Source: Phoronis australis (taxonomy: Eukaryota > Animalia > Phoronida). Taken from it: 64,000 nucleotides of DNA. Shown here piece after piece: positions 38,203 through 50,302 of this stretch. A model generated the notes under the pieces. It did not search any database, was not told where the DNA came from, and saw only the letters and a program-made list of their open reading frames with translations. The DNA lies in assembly GCA_002633005.1 (NCBI GenBank), contig NMRA01000518.1, positions 186,001-250,000 on the forward strand, read 5' to 3'. Position numbers and translations under genes: made by a program. Within the stretch, counting starts at the first letter, position 1, and each line of letters starts with the position of its first letter.

Positions 38203-38885
38203 CAACCTGTCTGTAAATTATTAACAGATAACCGGAGAAGGTAGTTACCCAATGGAACATAAATTTGCTTAAATACCGCACATCAAAACGTTACCTGTGG
38301 CAGTTGCAAGGCCTAAATGACATTGTCGGATGATAACGAACACTGGCAAAGTCGAGTCTGATGAAAGAAGTCGACAGTATACTCGGAAATGTCAACGAGT
38401 TTCAGACAATTGTCTTGTTCTCGATCCCCACGCTATTTTTTCAACAGTACCTCTGGTTCTTTAACGACACATTTCTTTAACTTGAGATTACAAATTTTTG
38501 TGAAGGAAAATGCACATAACAAGCGATGACTAGGTATGTTTTGAAACAAAAGTGTGAAGGTAAACATCCAAGATTTCTTTGACTGCTGGCTGTTGTCACG
38601 AGCGAAGCCAGCACTGGCAAGTAGCACTGGTATCTGACTGGCCTACACTAGAGATATATTTGAAATTGTCGCCATGTTGCGTCAATAATCAAAAGTACTC
38701 CCATTAATTAGCCTCTGTGGGAAGCAAACCGAATGACCAGGCCTATTTGCATTTGAGAACAACAGATCAATGTGAACGAAATTGAATGTTTTATTTATTC
38801 ATCTGTGAGGCATCGGTAGACTGTAACTCATTTCATTCGTTTGACAAGATATCGGAGTCCAGTAAAGTATTCGTTGTTCTTTTGA

Positions 38886-40172
38886 GGTTATCTCAACCGT
38901 TTTAGTGGCCTCCATTCTAACTCGCATATCAAAAATCAGGCTTTGTCAACTAGTTTCTGAAAGAAAAAAGATCAGGGATTTATATTTTATATTGATGTAC
39001 TATTATTATTATTATTATTACACCTTCTTAGGTCAAAATCTCATTTTTAGGAAAGGTACATTCATAGCAAAATAACGCCTCAATCGATTTTAATGAAACC
39101 ATTTTAAATGAAAACTTCGCGATTTACCTCAAGAACGCTGGTAGGTATTTCCGATTACTCTCTTGTTTTGGTTTCTATAACAAATCAACTCGCAAAACGT
39201 AAGGTATTTTGCAAAAAATAGCAGTCGTGTTCGTCTTTCTTATCATACGTAAAAACTATGCCTTTATATAGAGAACCCTAACAGCGATTTGAGATTGACG
39301 AATCAATATTAAGTTTGGAAATTTTCAGCGAAATCCACTTAGCCGTTTTCCCCAAGTTCAAATAAGTCGATTTGCCGAAGCCGAGAAGTAAGTCTTACGG
39401 TCTTTGGTTCAATGTTCTGTGAAAACTTGATTTCGGCCAATATAACCTATACATGCCTTAACCACGTTCGCTATTTCAATATTCACTCGCATTGTCAACT
39501 GGTACTGCAATACGTAATTAACTTACTTATCACTAAAACGTTTTTAACTTTGTACGTGTCAAGTAGGTCAGAAGGCGGAGCCAGCAGTAACAAAGTATTC
39601 CAACAGTTCATTGTATATACACACCACGCGCCGGGCAGAATTATATCAAGAAACCAAGAAACCAGGAACGGAGTGGAAAATAGAAATTGAATCTATGGTT
39701 AAAGTGCATCGTGAGCACAGCTAAACTTCAAATTACCGATCAAAATAGTGAATGTCGCAACTTCTTATGTTAGTGAACACCAAGTCACTGAGGCAGTTCA
39801 GCGACGCGGACTCAGTGCTTTCATTCTCAACCGGGCGCATACGTTTTATATCCGCTTTCCGCGGCATCTTTCTATGCCATGCACACCTCGTCGACTCACT
39901 ATTATGTCGATTCGGTGACTGAAAGGGCTGAGGGTACATACAGAACTCAGTGTTCTATGCCTGCCTCCGGGATATTCTATTTGATTGGCAACCCTGTAAC
40001 TTTTGACCTCAGATGAGTAGTAAACAAATTACCGCGCTGTTGAAGGTGGTTGTACTAAATCTTTTTTTCTCGCAACACCGTACATATTTTGCATTTGAAG
40101 TTTCCCGAAAATGGAGATAAGGTGAAATATTGTAAAAACGGACAATTTTTGGGAACAAGGATTGAGATGTCG
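38886..40172. mobile_element. Kolobok-type family B, second (older) copy
   Basis: Collinear with 21657-23040 throughout; ends GGTTATCTCAA / TTGAGATGTCG with decayed TTAA flanks. Confidence 0.75.
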
Positions 40173-41747
40173 TCAACTGGATAGGGCCTATTGATTTTTA
40201 CTCGTTTACTAACACCCGTGAAAAAAGTTCGCAGCAAGCAACGAAGCAACTGCTCTTTAACGTATAAAAATTATTTTCTGGAGACTATAAATGTTTAGGC
40301 TGTAACATTAGGGTCTTGTCGATGCCAACGTGAACTCGTTACCATCCTAAACTCAGTGTCAACTCTGCTTGTATTTTCACTTTTACTCAGCGTCACCCAC
40401 TTCGGGTGGCATCAGATGGCGCTGAGGCGGAGTGTTTGTTGCATCCGTGCTTTGCACTGAATAACGGGTCGGTAGGTTAACTTTCAAATGCATTAACAGA
40501 GCACTGATTCCAGTGAACTCTTTCTTTATCCTGGTCGATAACTGTGCATAACCGAGCCTAAGGATATCCTGTAGTTCAGTTGACGATGTCAGTATTCAAT
40601 TGATAACGGCATCCTGCCATAACATAAGTAATTGTAAATTCAGCCAGAATTGATTACGGTTCAGTTGGTACCTTCCACGAGAAAGAAAGGAAACCATTTA
40701 TAGGCTAAAACTATTTATTGCTATGTCAAAAAGTAGGTTCTGCAATTTGATGATGGACAGTCTCTCTGAAACACCCCAAAGTGTTAGGAATGAAGGTCGC
40801 TTTAGCGGCAAGAAGTTTTTAAACATAGTCTAAACTTCTAAGGATTGAGGAGGGTGACAAAGCATTGGTTTTTCTTATAGCAGTTATGGTAAAGGGTTTT
40901 GTGTATTGTTTTTGTGCGTGTTTCATCCACTGTTTGTGAACGTACTTACGGAATCTTAATTTAAACATGTCCACATCTATTTTTAAGAGCAGTGCTGTAG
41001 TGGTAAAATTCGAGGTAAGTAGGCGCTCAAAGCTCACCGTGACCTTGAGCACTGAACGTAACTTACAGCGCGTAGGCGCTACGTTCATATGCCATAAGAT
41101 GATTGACTGTGCCTACGTGCGCCTACGCCTCACTAACGTTGCAATGTTTAACAGCTAACTCAATTAACGTTTTTAACTTACTCCGTGATTTGCTCAAAAG
41201 CTTTGCGTATAGGCGTGTGCGCCTACATTTGAAAAAAGGGTAAGGTTCACATGCTGGCACGTGGACTAAATCTGCTCACATACGATTATAGTAAGTGCTC
41301 AATGTCACCAAACTTCCATATTTGTTTCTTCACCGTCGTGAACGCGGGCACTTATTGACTAAACTTTTACCAAGGTAGAGCTCAATAACTGTCTGGCGGC
41401 GAGAAAAAATCTCGCCAAAATCACGCCATTCATTGAAAATACATTGTGATATATCTCGGAATCTCGCGAGATCTTGCTTTTCTAGCGATTTACTATCGTT
41501 ATTGAAATCTACCCTGTAAATTGATCTTTCTATGATATTTTAGTGCTTCTATTAACAAAAATTAGTCAAGGCCACATAAATTCCATTAGTAAATTAGAGC
41601 AAAGCAATGATAGTTAGGCTAGATTAGACGAAATTAATTCGGCTTACGGGTCCTTAAGGTTAGACTTTAGTTCTTAAATTGGTAGAATGTCCATTTACTA
41701 TATGGACTAATATGGTATTAATGACTTGCAAGTATTGACGTTGGACT

Positions 41748-41906
41748 GAGCCCCAGGTCTAATCTCCGAATTCTTAACTCGACGCGACTCGCACTCTAAA
41801 CTTTACCGTCAGACGATTAAAAATTTGTTAGGTTTACTAGAAGCGTGTCATGCAACTGGTCTATTTTTCAGTAGAGTTTTGAGTGTAGAGATTAGACCCA
41901 GGGCTC
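41748..41906. mobile_element. Small MITE
   Basis: TIRs GAGCCCCAGGTCTAATCTC / GAGATTAGACCCAGGGCTC; no clear TSD. Confidence 0.6.
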
Positions 41907-42194
41907 TCGTTATAACTACTGCGATTGTATAAGCATATGTTATGATATCTACTCAGATGGTATTGGTACATCAATAATAAAGTGTTTTATACAGGTGATG
42001 CGCAACTTTGATAATTATAGGAGAGGCAACGTTTATCCAGTCTTCTTTGAATGCACAGTTGTACGAAATTGCACAAAAACACCATGTTTGTTATAGAAAT
42101 TTGAATATCGATAATTCCTCCGAGCACCCGTCAAGAGGTCCTATAACATTTGGCTTTGGAAGTAAAGACAGAGGCAGAAAAACAATCTGTTATA

Positions 42195-42507
42195 AGGTTA
42201 CTAAACCCTGCTCTGCTTTCAACCAATTCTCGTTCTGTCGCCTGCTAATGCGTCGTTGGCGTCAACCTTGAAAGATAAAGGCAAGAATAAACTAAAAACT
42301 CATTCTCCCTATCTCACAAATTGGATATTACGGTCCTTAGCGGGTGGCCACGCTTGTCTATTTAGCAGACTTTGAAAGGAGTTTTAAAATTTTCCTCCAA
42401 ACTTTTGAGGGTTGTCGAGGGTTACAGAACATTATCTTGTTTCAGAGAACTGGATGGGAAAGTCGTTTTAGTATCTGTTAATAGTACAAAATCGGGTTTA
42501 ATATCCT
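42195..42507. mobile_element. Kolobok-type family C copy
   Basis: AGGTTACTAAACCCTG ... CGGGTTTAATATCCT; interior homologous to 21295-21652. Confidence 0.7.
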
Positions 42508-43784
42508 TTTAAAGTCGACATATGACGGGAAGGGGGCGAGGCGGAACGGTAGCTATTGAGGAGGGTATGCGTTGGCAAAACTGGTGCAACAGGGCCAGGG
42601 GGGGGGGGGGGGNGGGGGGGAGCAAACTGGTGGCAGACAGCACACATATTTGCTCCTTTCGACTAAAAGAAAAATTTAAATGTCTAATACATGGTTCATA
42701 TGATGGCGGCTAGCGTTTTTGCCACTCATGTGTCACAAAATTATGGCCGTCAACCACCACAACGTTTCAGTGGCGATACCAGCCAAGAACAACGTGAGAA
42801 TAATGTTTAATAGTAATAAAATAAAAGCATTAACTGAAAACACGCCAACGTCGATATACCTATTAACATGAAGTTTATTTTTCGTATGAATTTTCACTAG
42901 GCACGTCTTTAGTTTGAATTTAACCAATCTTTTGATCAATCGATAAAAATCATTAACTACATGTAAAACACACATGATAGGCGATCAACTCTCAGCAGAA
43001 AACTTGTACTGGATGATAACAAACTGAATACAGATGATAAATTGGATTTTCTCGTGACTCGCTATTAAACGTTTGGTTGTGTCGACAAAAAGAAATTATA
43101 TTTCTTGTAGAGATTTCATGTAAGCTATGTTGGCAATCCAGGCTGCATTTACACCGTATCGAGGTTCTGTAATCAGACGAGACAATACATTAAATAGTCG
43201 TGGATTAATGAGTTCATCCTGGACTAGTCATCTAACTTTGTTACTGGAAATCGTCAACGCAAAGTTTTGTTTTAAAATTTTATGTTTTACTTTGGTGTGA
43301 ACGCAAGATAAGTTTCCAGTATTTTGTGCTCGATTATAAATTATGGTTAACACTTTGTAATTCTTTGGAGAACTTTGTAATTCTATTTTGTACTTGATGG
43401 TCTCATCATTAAGGCTGAACTCAAAATCCCGAGCTTTTACTTCGGCGAATTTAAAGCTCGAACCTTGGGGTCATCCAGTGCGAATTTGGACTACTGTGTA
43501 CTTTGTGTAATCCTATTGTTGGTAAATCGACCTTTAAACAGAGTTGGAAGTCCCTATATTGAAAGTGTAATAGAGTGTCATGTATATCATTATCGCACTC
43601 GAATTACCAAAACATGCACACGTCGAAATTACAATGGCGATTATTTGAACTAATTATTTGTACGTTGTGAAATTTCAGATTTCATCGTTCATTAAACAAA
43701 ATTATCGACCACACCATCAATTTTCATTTTCGTTGAAGTGAGCTATGACAGATCATTACAGAAATTACGAGGTTCTTACTTTCG

Positions 43785-43958
43785 TATGTGCGCACCCAGC
43801 CTTCAATATGGGGGGGCTCGAATTCCCAACGTTGTGGACCTTTGAGTAACAAAATAGCCTGCGGACTAAAAAGAAAAAACGTTTCTCGCAGGCTGACCTT
43901 TTTGCCCACTTCGCCAAATGGGGAGGCTCGTTCGAGCCCCCCCCTGGGTGCGCGCATG
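43785..43958. mobile_element. MITE family M copy 3 (internally deleted)
   Basis: TATGTGCGCACCCAG ... CTGGGTGCGCGCATG; exact 5-bp TSD TTTCG. Confidence 0.85.
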
Positions 43959-45214
43959 TTTCGTATGGAGGATTTACAAAAGTTGCTCAAACAGAGACGA
44001 GATGGCAGAAATCTTTAAAAAATCTTAGAATGTATTTAGTTTAGTACAACTTTAGTTCTTTGTAAAATGCTGAACGCTATCGACTATTTTCTTGCGTTCA
44101 AAATTGAAGTGATCAAAACGTATGCTCCTCGTCAAATGACCGTGGTTAATAAGAGCCGTTACGAATGGTATAATTTCGAACAATTAGTCACTGGCAGTTA
44201 CGCTATTACAGATTTTGATTTTACAGATTCATTTTGAGAGCTCCAGAGATACACGTGGGTACCACCTATGGCAAAGAAAGTAACTATGGTGCGGGACTGG
44301 AATTTGATCTACGGCTGTGGCGGAGTTTGTGATCACCGGGTTCGGAGTATTTTCGGTGCATGTGTGGAGTTTTGGCAAAGAAGGGATATAAGTATCTTTG
44401 GTATAGGGGCGGGTATGGAACTTAATGTTTGCTGGTCCAGGAGTGAGGTTTACGGATTCGCAGGTCAAATTTATTTTTAGAGCCTTGGCCATGGAATCAT
44501 TTCCAACAGCTGAAGATAAGATGTTAAACCCTCGTTCGATGCTTTCTAACAATTGTGGTGAGGTCCCCTGTTACTGCGCCATTTTTGAAAAGAATCCTAT
44601 TTTGACACCCTTACAGGTTGAGATTGGGCAATTAAACCGGTTCACTAGCCTTGAAATCCGCAATCTTTAAAGAAACCTTCCAGCTGAAGGCAATGATATT
44701 GTGGACACAGCAGGCTGCTGATGTTGTCGTTCTGACTAGGTCAACTTGTTTATATACAATCTACACTTATCACACTTGGACCAGCACCAGATAAAATTCT
44801 GCTTCTCATTAATTATCGGCTGGGTGAGCAACTAATGGGCAATTACCAACTGAAGGCTCAAAAACCAGCAGGCAGCAGTTGGAAACTGAAGACAGTTGGC
44901 TATGGAAAGCCAATGTGCACAAAATTGCAGGACACATAATTCCCATGCAAGAATTAAAAACATGTCAAAACATTATTTTTATTTTGCAGTACCAAAAAAC
45001 CCTCAAAACTGGAATTTTCACTTATGCAGTCCCAAACAACATTTTCACTCTGTAAGACCAAATACAACCCAGGACAACATTTATCACGCCAGGATAAAAA
45101 ATTGTCACTCCAGGACAGAAACTTTTCATTCCAGGAGACCACGTGATCATCAACAAGTACATGACCTCAAACACCACAAGGTGACCATGAGAGAGGGCGA
45201 ACCAAACTGACACA

Positions 45215-46320
45215 AATATGGCTTTTAGCTTCTTTGTGTGTTACTTCTAAAGTTTCCGGGGACACCTGCAGCTGCATTGGAAATGGTTATTGGTTTACCG
45301 CCCTAGCATATTTACCTCAACGGTGAAACTGTGCTTGCAGCTTATATCGAGGTGTAATGGGCAGTGGCGTAACGCGTGAATCACTGATACTGTTGCTCAC
45401 CATAGCCATATTGCGACTGGTTAATGTCAGAAACTGGAACACTTTTGGAAATGCCGAATGATATTTTAGTGACGACCTTAATCACACAGAAATTGGAGGT
45501 TGCCACGAAATCATTGATTTCAATGACCGTTCGCGAAACTGATGGCTTTAATTGACAACGGATAGTCAGGAATGAACTTTCCAGACCTTGGAGATGACGA
45601 CAAAGACACCTGAATCTCACTGGGTAACACGGTCACAGGTCTTTCAGGTTGAAATTGTCGCCATTCACCTGGCTGCCCAACTGGCAAGGGATCACGAAGC
45701 AGTCCTTGTTAACAAGGAACTCTTCATACTCTTAGACAGCCAAGCACCTATTACATCTCCAACTATGCCCAAGATTAACCCCAGTTGTGTCCAGGCCTCA
45801 CTTACCAGCTGGTAGGACGGTTCATGTGAACTGGGTTAAAGCCCATGTTGGCATTGCTGGTAACGAGGCTGCTGACAAACGTGCAAAAGAAGGAGCAAGT
45901 GCACCCTGTTTTATACCATAACCTTGCATACCAGTTACCTATAGGTACTGCAGAGCAAAGGCTGGGTGCGCAAATTCTCCGTGGATGGCACGGAGAAATC
46001 TCTCTGTCTGAAGGCAAACTAAACAAATATTTTCAAGTCTTATTAAACAAAAAGGTCCAAAGAAAGTATTATGTTTAGATAGGCTTGCTATCAGGCAAGT
46101 GATCCAGGTTATTGGTGGTCACTGCAACCTTAACTTGGCACCGTAACATCACAGGCCACATGGTTTGCTCATATTGTCCCAAGTGTGGCTTGGAGGCCGA
46201 GACTCCGCAGCATCTGGTGGACGCTGATTTGCACTGCCTACACTGGCCGTAATCTTCTACTTGATGGACACATAACCCGCCTGGTTGACATTGCTAGTTC
46301 ATACAGGTTTAATAGCCCTT
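45215..46320 (+). pseudogene. Decayed non-LTR retrotransposon 3' part (RNase H + CCHC knuckle; I/Loa/Tad1-like)
   Basis: Frameshifted segments RGTPAAALEMVIGLPP, VFQVEIVAIHLA, FILLDSQA, VNWVKAHVGIAGNEAADKRAKEGA, GGHCNLNWH and CPKCGLEAETPQHL. Confidence 0.85.
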
Positions 46321-46355
46321 CTGTCTTTCTGCAACAAACAGACATATACATATGC

Positions 46356-46912
46356 GATACGCGGAATAAGGTCGAGTGGGATATTACTTCATGTACACCA
46401 ATCTAGGTACGTTTTGTATTTATCCCATGCGCTTCGAATTCCTAAGTTTCTTACATTTTTTCGGCAGATTTTTCAAATACTTCACCCAGACTGTTCACAT
46501 GGCGGATCACATCCTATATGTATGCACTTGCGCGTTAGGTTGCAAGTTTTCTCTTGTAAAAACAGTTTTAAAAGTAACGAGTATCTCTTGAAAAGAGGTA
46601 ACGATGATGAAAACAACGGCAACTTAGCAGTGAACTTGTAACATCTCCTGGAAATAGTTAAGAAACAACAATATTTGATATTTTAATTTCCTAGGCCGGG
46701 AATCGGCGCCTGAGTTGCAGACGATATAGTATTCAGCAACTGAAAACTGAGACATAAGTGTCTTATAATTAACAGTTTTGTTCAAAATTTTACGTTTAGG
46801 GCCTGGTTGCATGTCGAGTATTAGTTACACTGTTGCAACTGTATTACTTTAAACTATATTCGGAAAGTTTGATGATTGAACCGGCTGAAGACGTCGAGTC
46901 GACATTGACCTA
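46356..46912. mobile_element. Repeat family D long module, second copy
   Basis: Closely similar to 34758-35320; both copies end at GACATTGACCTA. Confidence 0.85.
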
Positions 46913-46984
46913 ACTTGAAGTAGGTTTCGCGCGCAAACGTTGTGGACCATAAACAAGTAGGTCCCTCAGTACCAAATTACGAGT

Positions 46985-47045
46985 GAAGTCGTGGTGGTGG
47001 AGTGGTAAAGCGCTCTATCCGCCAGGTCGTGAGTTCGTGTCTAAT
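46985..47045 (+). mobile_element. Decayed tRNA-derived SINE head
   Basis: A-box-like TGGTGGAGTGGTAAAGCGCT and B-box-like GAGTTCGTGTC; no full cloverleaf. Confidence 0.4.
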
Positions 47046-47867
47046 GATTGCTGTTTTTCAAGTTTGACACGTACTCCGTGTTTTTTTTTCTTTGATAATA
47101 CTTCAGGAATCAAGTAAAATGCTTGATTTTTAGAGGAAAAACAGAAATATTTTCCTGGGCGGGAGGAAGGCAACCCCCCCTTCCGACCTCCCCTGTTCAG
47201 TGCTATGCGCATCTACAATCGTGCTTTGCGCAAATGTTTACAGACAAAATCATTGGGCCCCCCTTGTGATATCCTAGATCCGCCACTGAGTGTAAAGGCC
47301 CCGGCCTTGCGGCCAAAGCACGCCCAATGTACCGCAAAAAGCATCAGACCACCTGCACTCTTTTTATGAGAGACGACGATCTCTAAGGTATTGTGAATCC
47401 TTCACACTTTGATAGAAGGAGCAGAGAGGTTCGCAATTCTGAGATCGACACTCAATCGATCGCCGTCTCACGGTCACCTTAATTCAATTGAATCACGTTC
47501 ACGTGTTCGTGGTCACGTGGTTGTGAGTTCTTCACGTAGTCTCCCGGCATGAACAATCCATGTCCTGACATGAAAAAGCTTCGGTCCTGGAGTGATGAGT
47601 TTTCGGCCCTGACGCGTTTAATTTTGGTCCCGACGTCGTAAATAATAGGACATAGGACCTGGCGTGATAAATTCTGGTTTTGAATTGTTTTTGGCCCAGC
47701 AGTGTTGTTAATTCTTCTGAAAACGTGTCCCGGAACTTTTACCTCTTTGACATCCCATAGTATTGGCGCCCGGTAACTTGACCCAGCAGGATTCAACCAG
47801 AATCACTTACTCACTATATTGTAGCTTTTGGTGAGAGGTCATTCTCCATAGTTGCTCAGATCACCTA

Positions 47868-48281
47868 AAGCGTAGGTCACGCGTGCCAGTTGAGCAGACT
47901 TTCCAAAGAATTTTCAATTTTGCTTCAAACATTTGAGAGCTCACGAGGATTACAGAGCATAGCTTTTTTCTTGTTTTCACAAGGAGAGCAGCTGTCCAGT
48001 TGGCACGGAGGGACTTGCTCCACTTAAGACGCATTTACAATACGTTATCGCAAACTGAATCAGGACGGACGTAAACTATCCGAAGACAGTCTGCACGTGA
48101 TCAGATTAACAATGGCGAACGCCAAAAAGATTGTGGCGCTTCATGTCCTAAGTGCGTTTTTGGCATCACGTCGACGTGGAAATCTCAGGAGAAGCAACAA
48201 TTGTGTGGCTCAAATACAGAACTAGATGGTAAAGTCGTTGTTAAATATCTTTTAACAAGCCAAAACCGGATTTAGCATCCT
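47868..48281. mobile_element. Kolobok-type family C, partial and interrupted
   Basis: AAAGCGTAGGTCACGC block and right end AAAACCGGATTTAGCATCCT, directly abutting family A. Confidence 0.6.
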
Positions 48282-48286
48282 TTTAA

Positions 48287-48825
48287 AGAGCCCTGGAACG
48301 TGAAAGCTTGTAAAAATACCTTTAAAACAGGCCGTGGCGAATTCATTTCTTGGGGATGCTAACGTGAAAGATATTCACCTTGAATACTGCAAGAATTTCT
48401 AGAAAAAATCGTCAGATACTCCGCTAATTTGGAAACACAGATTTCAAATTCTCCAACCCTAATAATAGATATGCGCGCATGCACTCAAAGAAATACCCAG
48501 TAAAAGTTTCCCAAGTATCGTTTTTTTACATCAAAGGTCAAAGGTCATATTTTTCATGTATTAGGTAATTTGTTACTTCTATGTTTTGGCATACCTAATA
48601 AGGAGACGGGCTTTGCCTTTTGGGAGAAAAATCGAAGAAATGGCAAGCTGACAGGTCGTTTTTTGACATTCGAAACTAAAGGGAAATGCTTTGACATTAA
48701 CAGAAATTCAAAATCTTTACGAAGAAACCGTAAAAATTCCTGGTGAAAAGTTTGACTCCTGTTTTAATAGCAGTGAACCACTTTTGAATAAAACAATTTA
48801 GTCTGTTTTTCACGTTCCATGCCAC
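48287..48825. mobile_element. Kolobok-type family A, complete copy
   Basis: TTAA|AGAGCCCTGGAACGTGAAA ... TTTCACGTTCCATGCCAC|TTAA. Confidence 0.8.
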
Positions 48826-49959
48826 TTAATGTATCCCGTTGATTTTGGAGGTTTTGATTTCGCTTTGACCTATTTAGCGCTGTGTTGGACTTAGGTAACG
48901 TACTACAATACAAATAGTTTTTGAGCCACGGCTGCGCACCTGAAGTTTGTAGCGCGTGTGAAGATTACATTAGCTTGATTATTTCAATCTATTCTGATTA
49001 AAAGAATTCCAGTTATTGACCTTTTGAGCCATTTGTTGCTTAGCCGTGGCCTTTTTAAAACCTCTCCTACAAATAAGCGGGAAGTTGATGTTCAGCAGAA
49101 AAATCAGGTACCCTCAGACACCTCAGAACTTAATTGATTGATTCCTACCCTTCACTTGATTTTTAAAAATTCAAAGCAATCGCATCCGAATAGTGACTTT
49201 GCGGTGAAAATTGCTGATTTATTTTATGTTGTTCGTTTTTATGTTGCTCGTCGCACTTGCAATAGTTGTTAGAAGATTGAAAATTTCACCCTCTAATCAC
49301 TTCTATTGAACTTTGTGTATGTTTTTTGAAGTCTTTAGTCAAGCAAGGTCTTAATGTTTCCAGACAGTGTACTTTCTGTGGAAAAGAAAGTGAACCTGAA
49401 TGGACCTAGTTTTTCAATCTTAAACCAACAAAAAGAAACGTTTTGCCAAGTAATGGGGTATTATCGTTTCGGATTATTGTTGAATGGGATATTAACTTTG
49501 AATAGAACTAAAACAACAACATCTGTAGTGTCTTTATTCGCTGTCTTTACTAATTAAATGAGCTAAAATACTCTTGTCATTAATGTAATGGGATTTAGCT
49601 CCGAGAGCAAATCGTTTGGCTGCGACCACGGGAGTTCAGGTTCAATTTTTTGCTGAGGCTGCAGATAATGTTTCTTTAAAGACAGCCTCCAGCGGCTAAA
49701 ACACCTTTTTGACACCAGAAACCAAGTATTGTTTACAAAAACTATTGTTTTTGCTTCTTACATACCACAGGAAGCAATTAATTGCGACGCAAATTACACC
49801 GCTCATAATTCGTAGCCCCTTCGAGTGCCCCAGAAAGAATCTCAGCCAATCAGCGTAAAATAGTTCATGTGACATCATCGTGGGCACGAAATTACTAGAA
49901 AGCCACACAGGTGAGTGTCATTTCTTGGAGGTTCTATACTTGTCGATCTCTGGGCTAAA

Positions 49960-50130
49960 ATGCCTCTTTGCGTGGTGTGCGGGTGTAGCAATGTCAGCGG
50001 CAATGGCATACATTTGCACAACTTCCTACCGATCCCGTCGTGTGCCGTGTGTGGAATAGATCGGTATCCACGACAAGGACTGGCGACAAAGTTCTCAATC
50101 AGCTGGATCTGTTCTAGATTAGGTGCAAAG
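49960..50130 (+). pseudogene. Decayed THAP zinc-finger domain (transposon-derived)
   Basis: MPLCVVCGCSNVSGNGIHLHNF / frameshift / PTDPVVCRVWNRSVSTTR ... WICS: CxxxxC, FP, W and C landmarks of THAP. Confidence 0.7.
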
Positions 50131-50302
50131 TTGTATACAAAATCTACAGCTTTGCGCCGATGTGGGTAAAAATGACTTAATAAAATCTGATACAAAAGTC
50201 ATTTAAAAACTACACCGCTCTTCTTTGATTAAACCGAATTATTTACCGGTGTTGGAAAAATTGGCGTTCTACCGCTCATCTACTGCTAAAATTGAAGTGC
50301 GC

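Noticed and set aside
42597-42620. Poly-G run as a G-quadruplex element
   Set aside because: It contains an N at 42613, so length and continuity are unreliable; probably an assembly join in a MITE-type G run.
44229-45210. ORFs of about 100 aa upstream of the LINE relic
   Set aside because: No recognisable domain or splice structure; possibly rearranged retroelement sequence, but not supportable.
46985-47045. tRNA genes here and at 19466, 27490, 49590 and 55200
   Set aside because: Only A/B-box-like remnants; no complete acceptor or anticodon stems, so treated as SINE debris.
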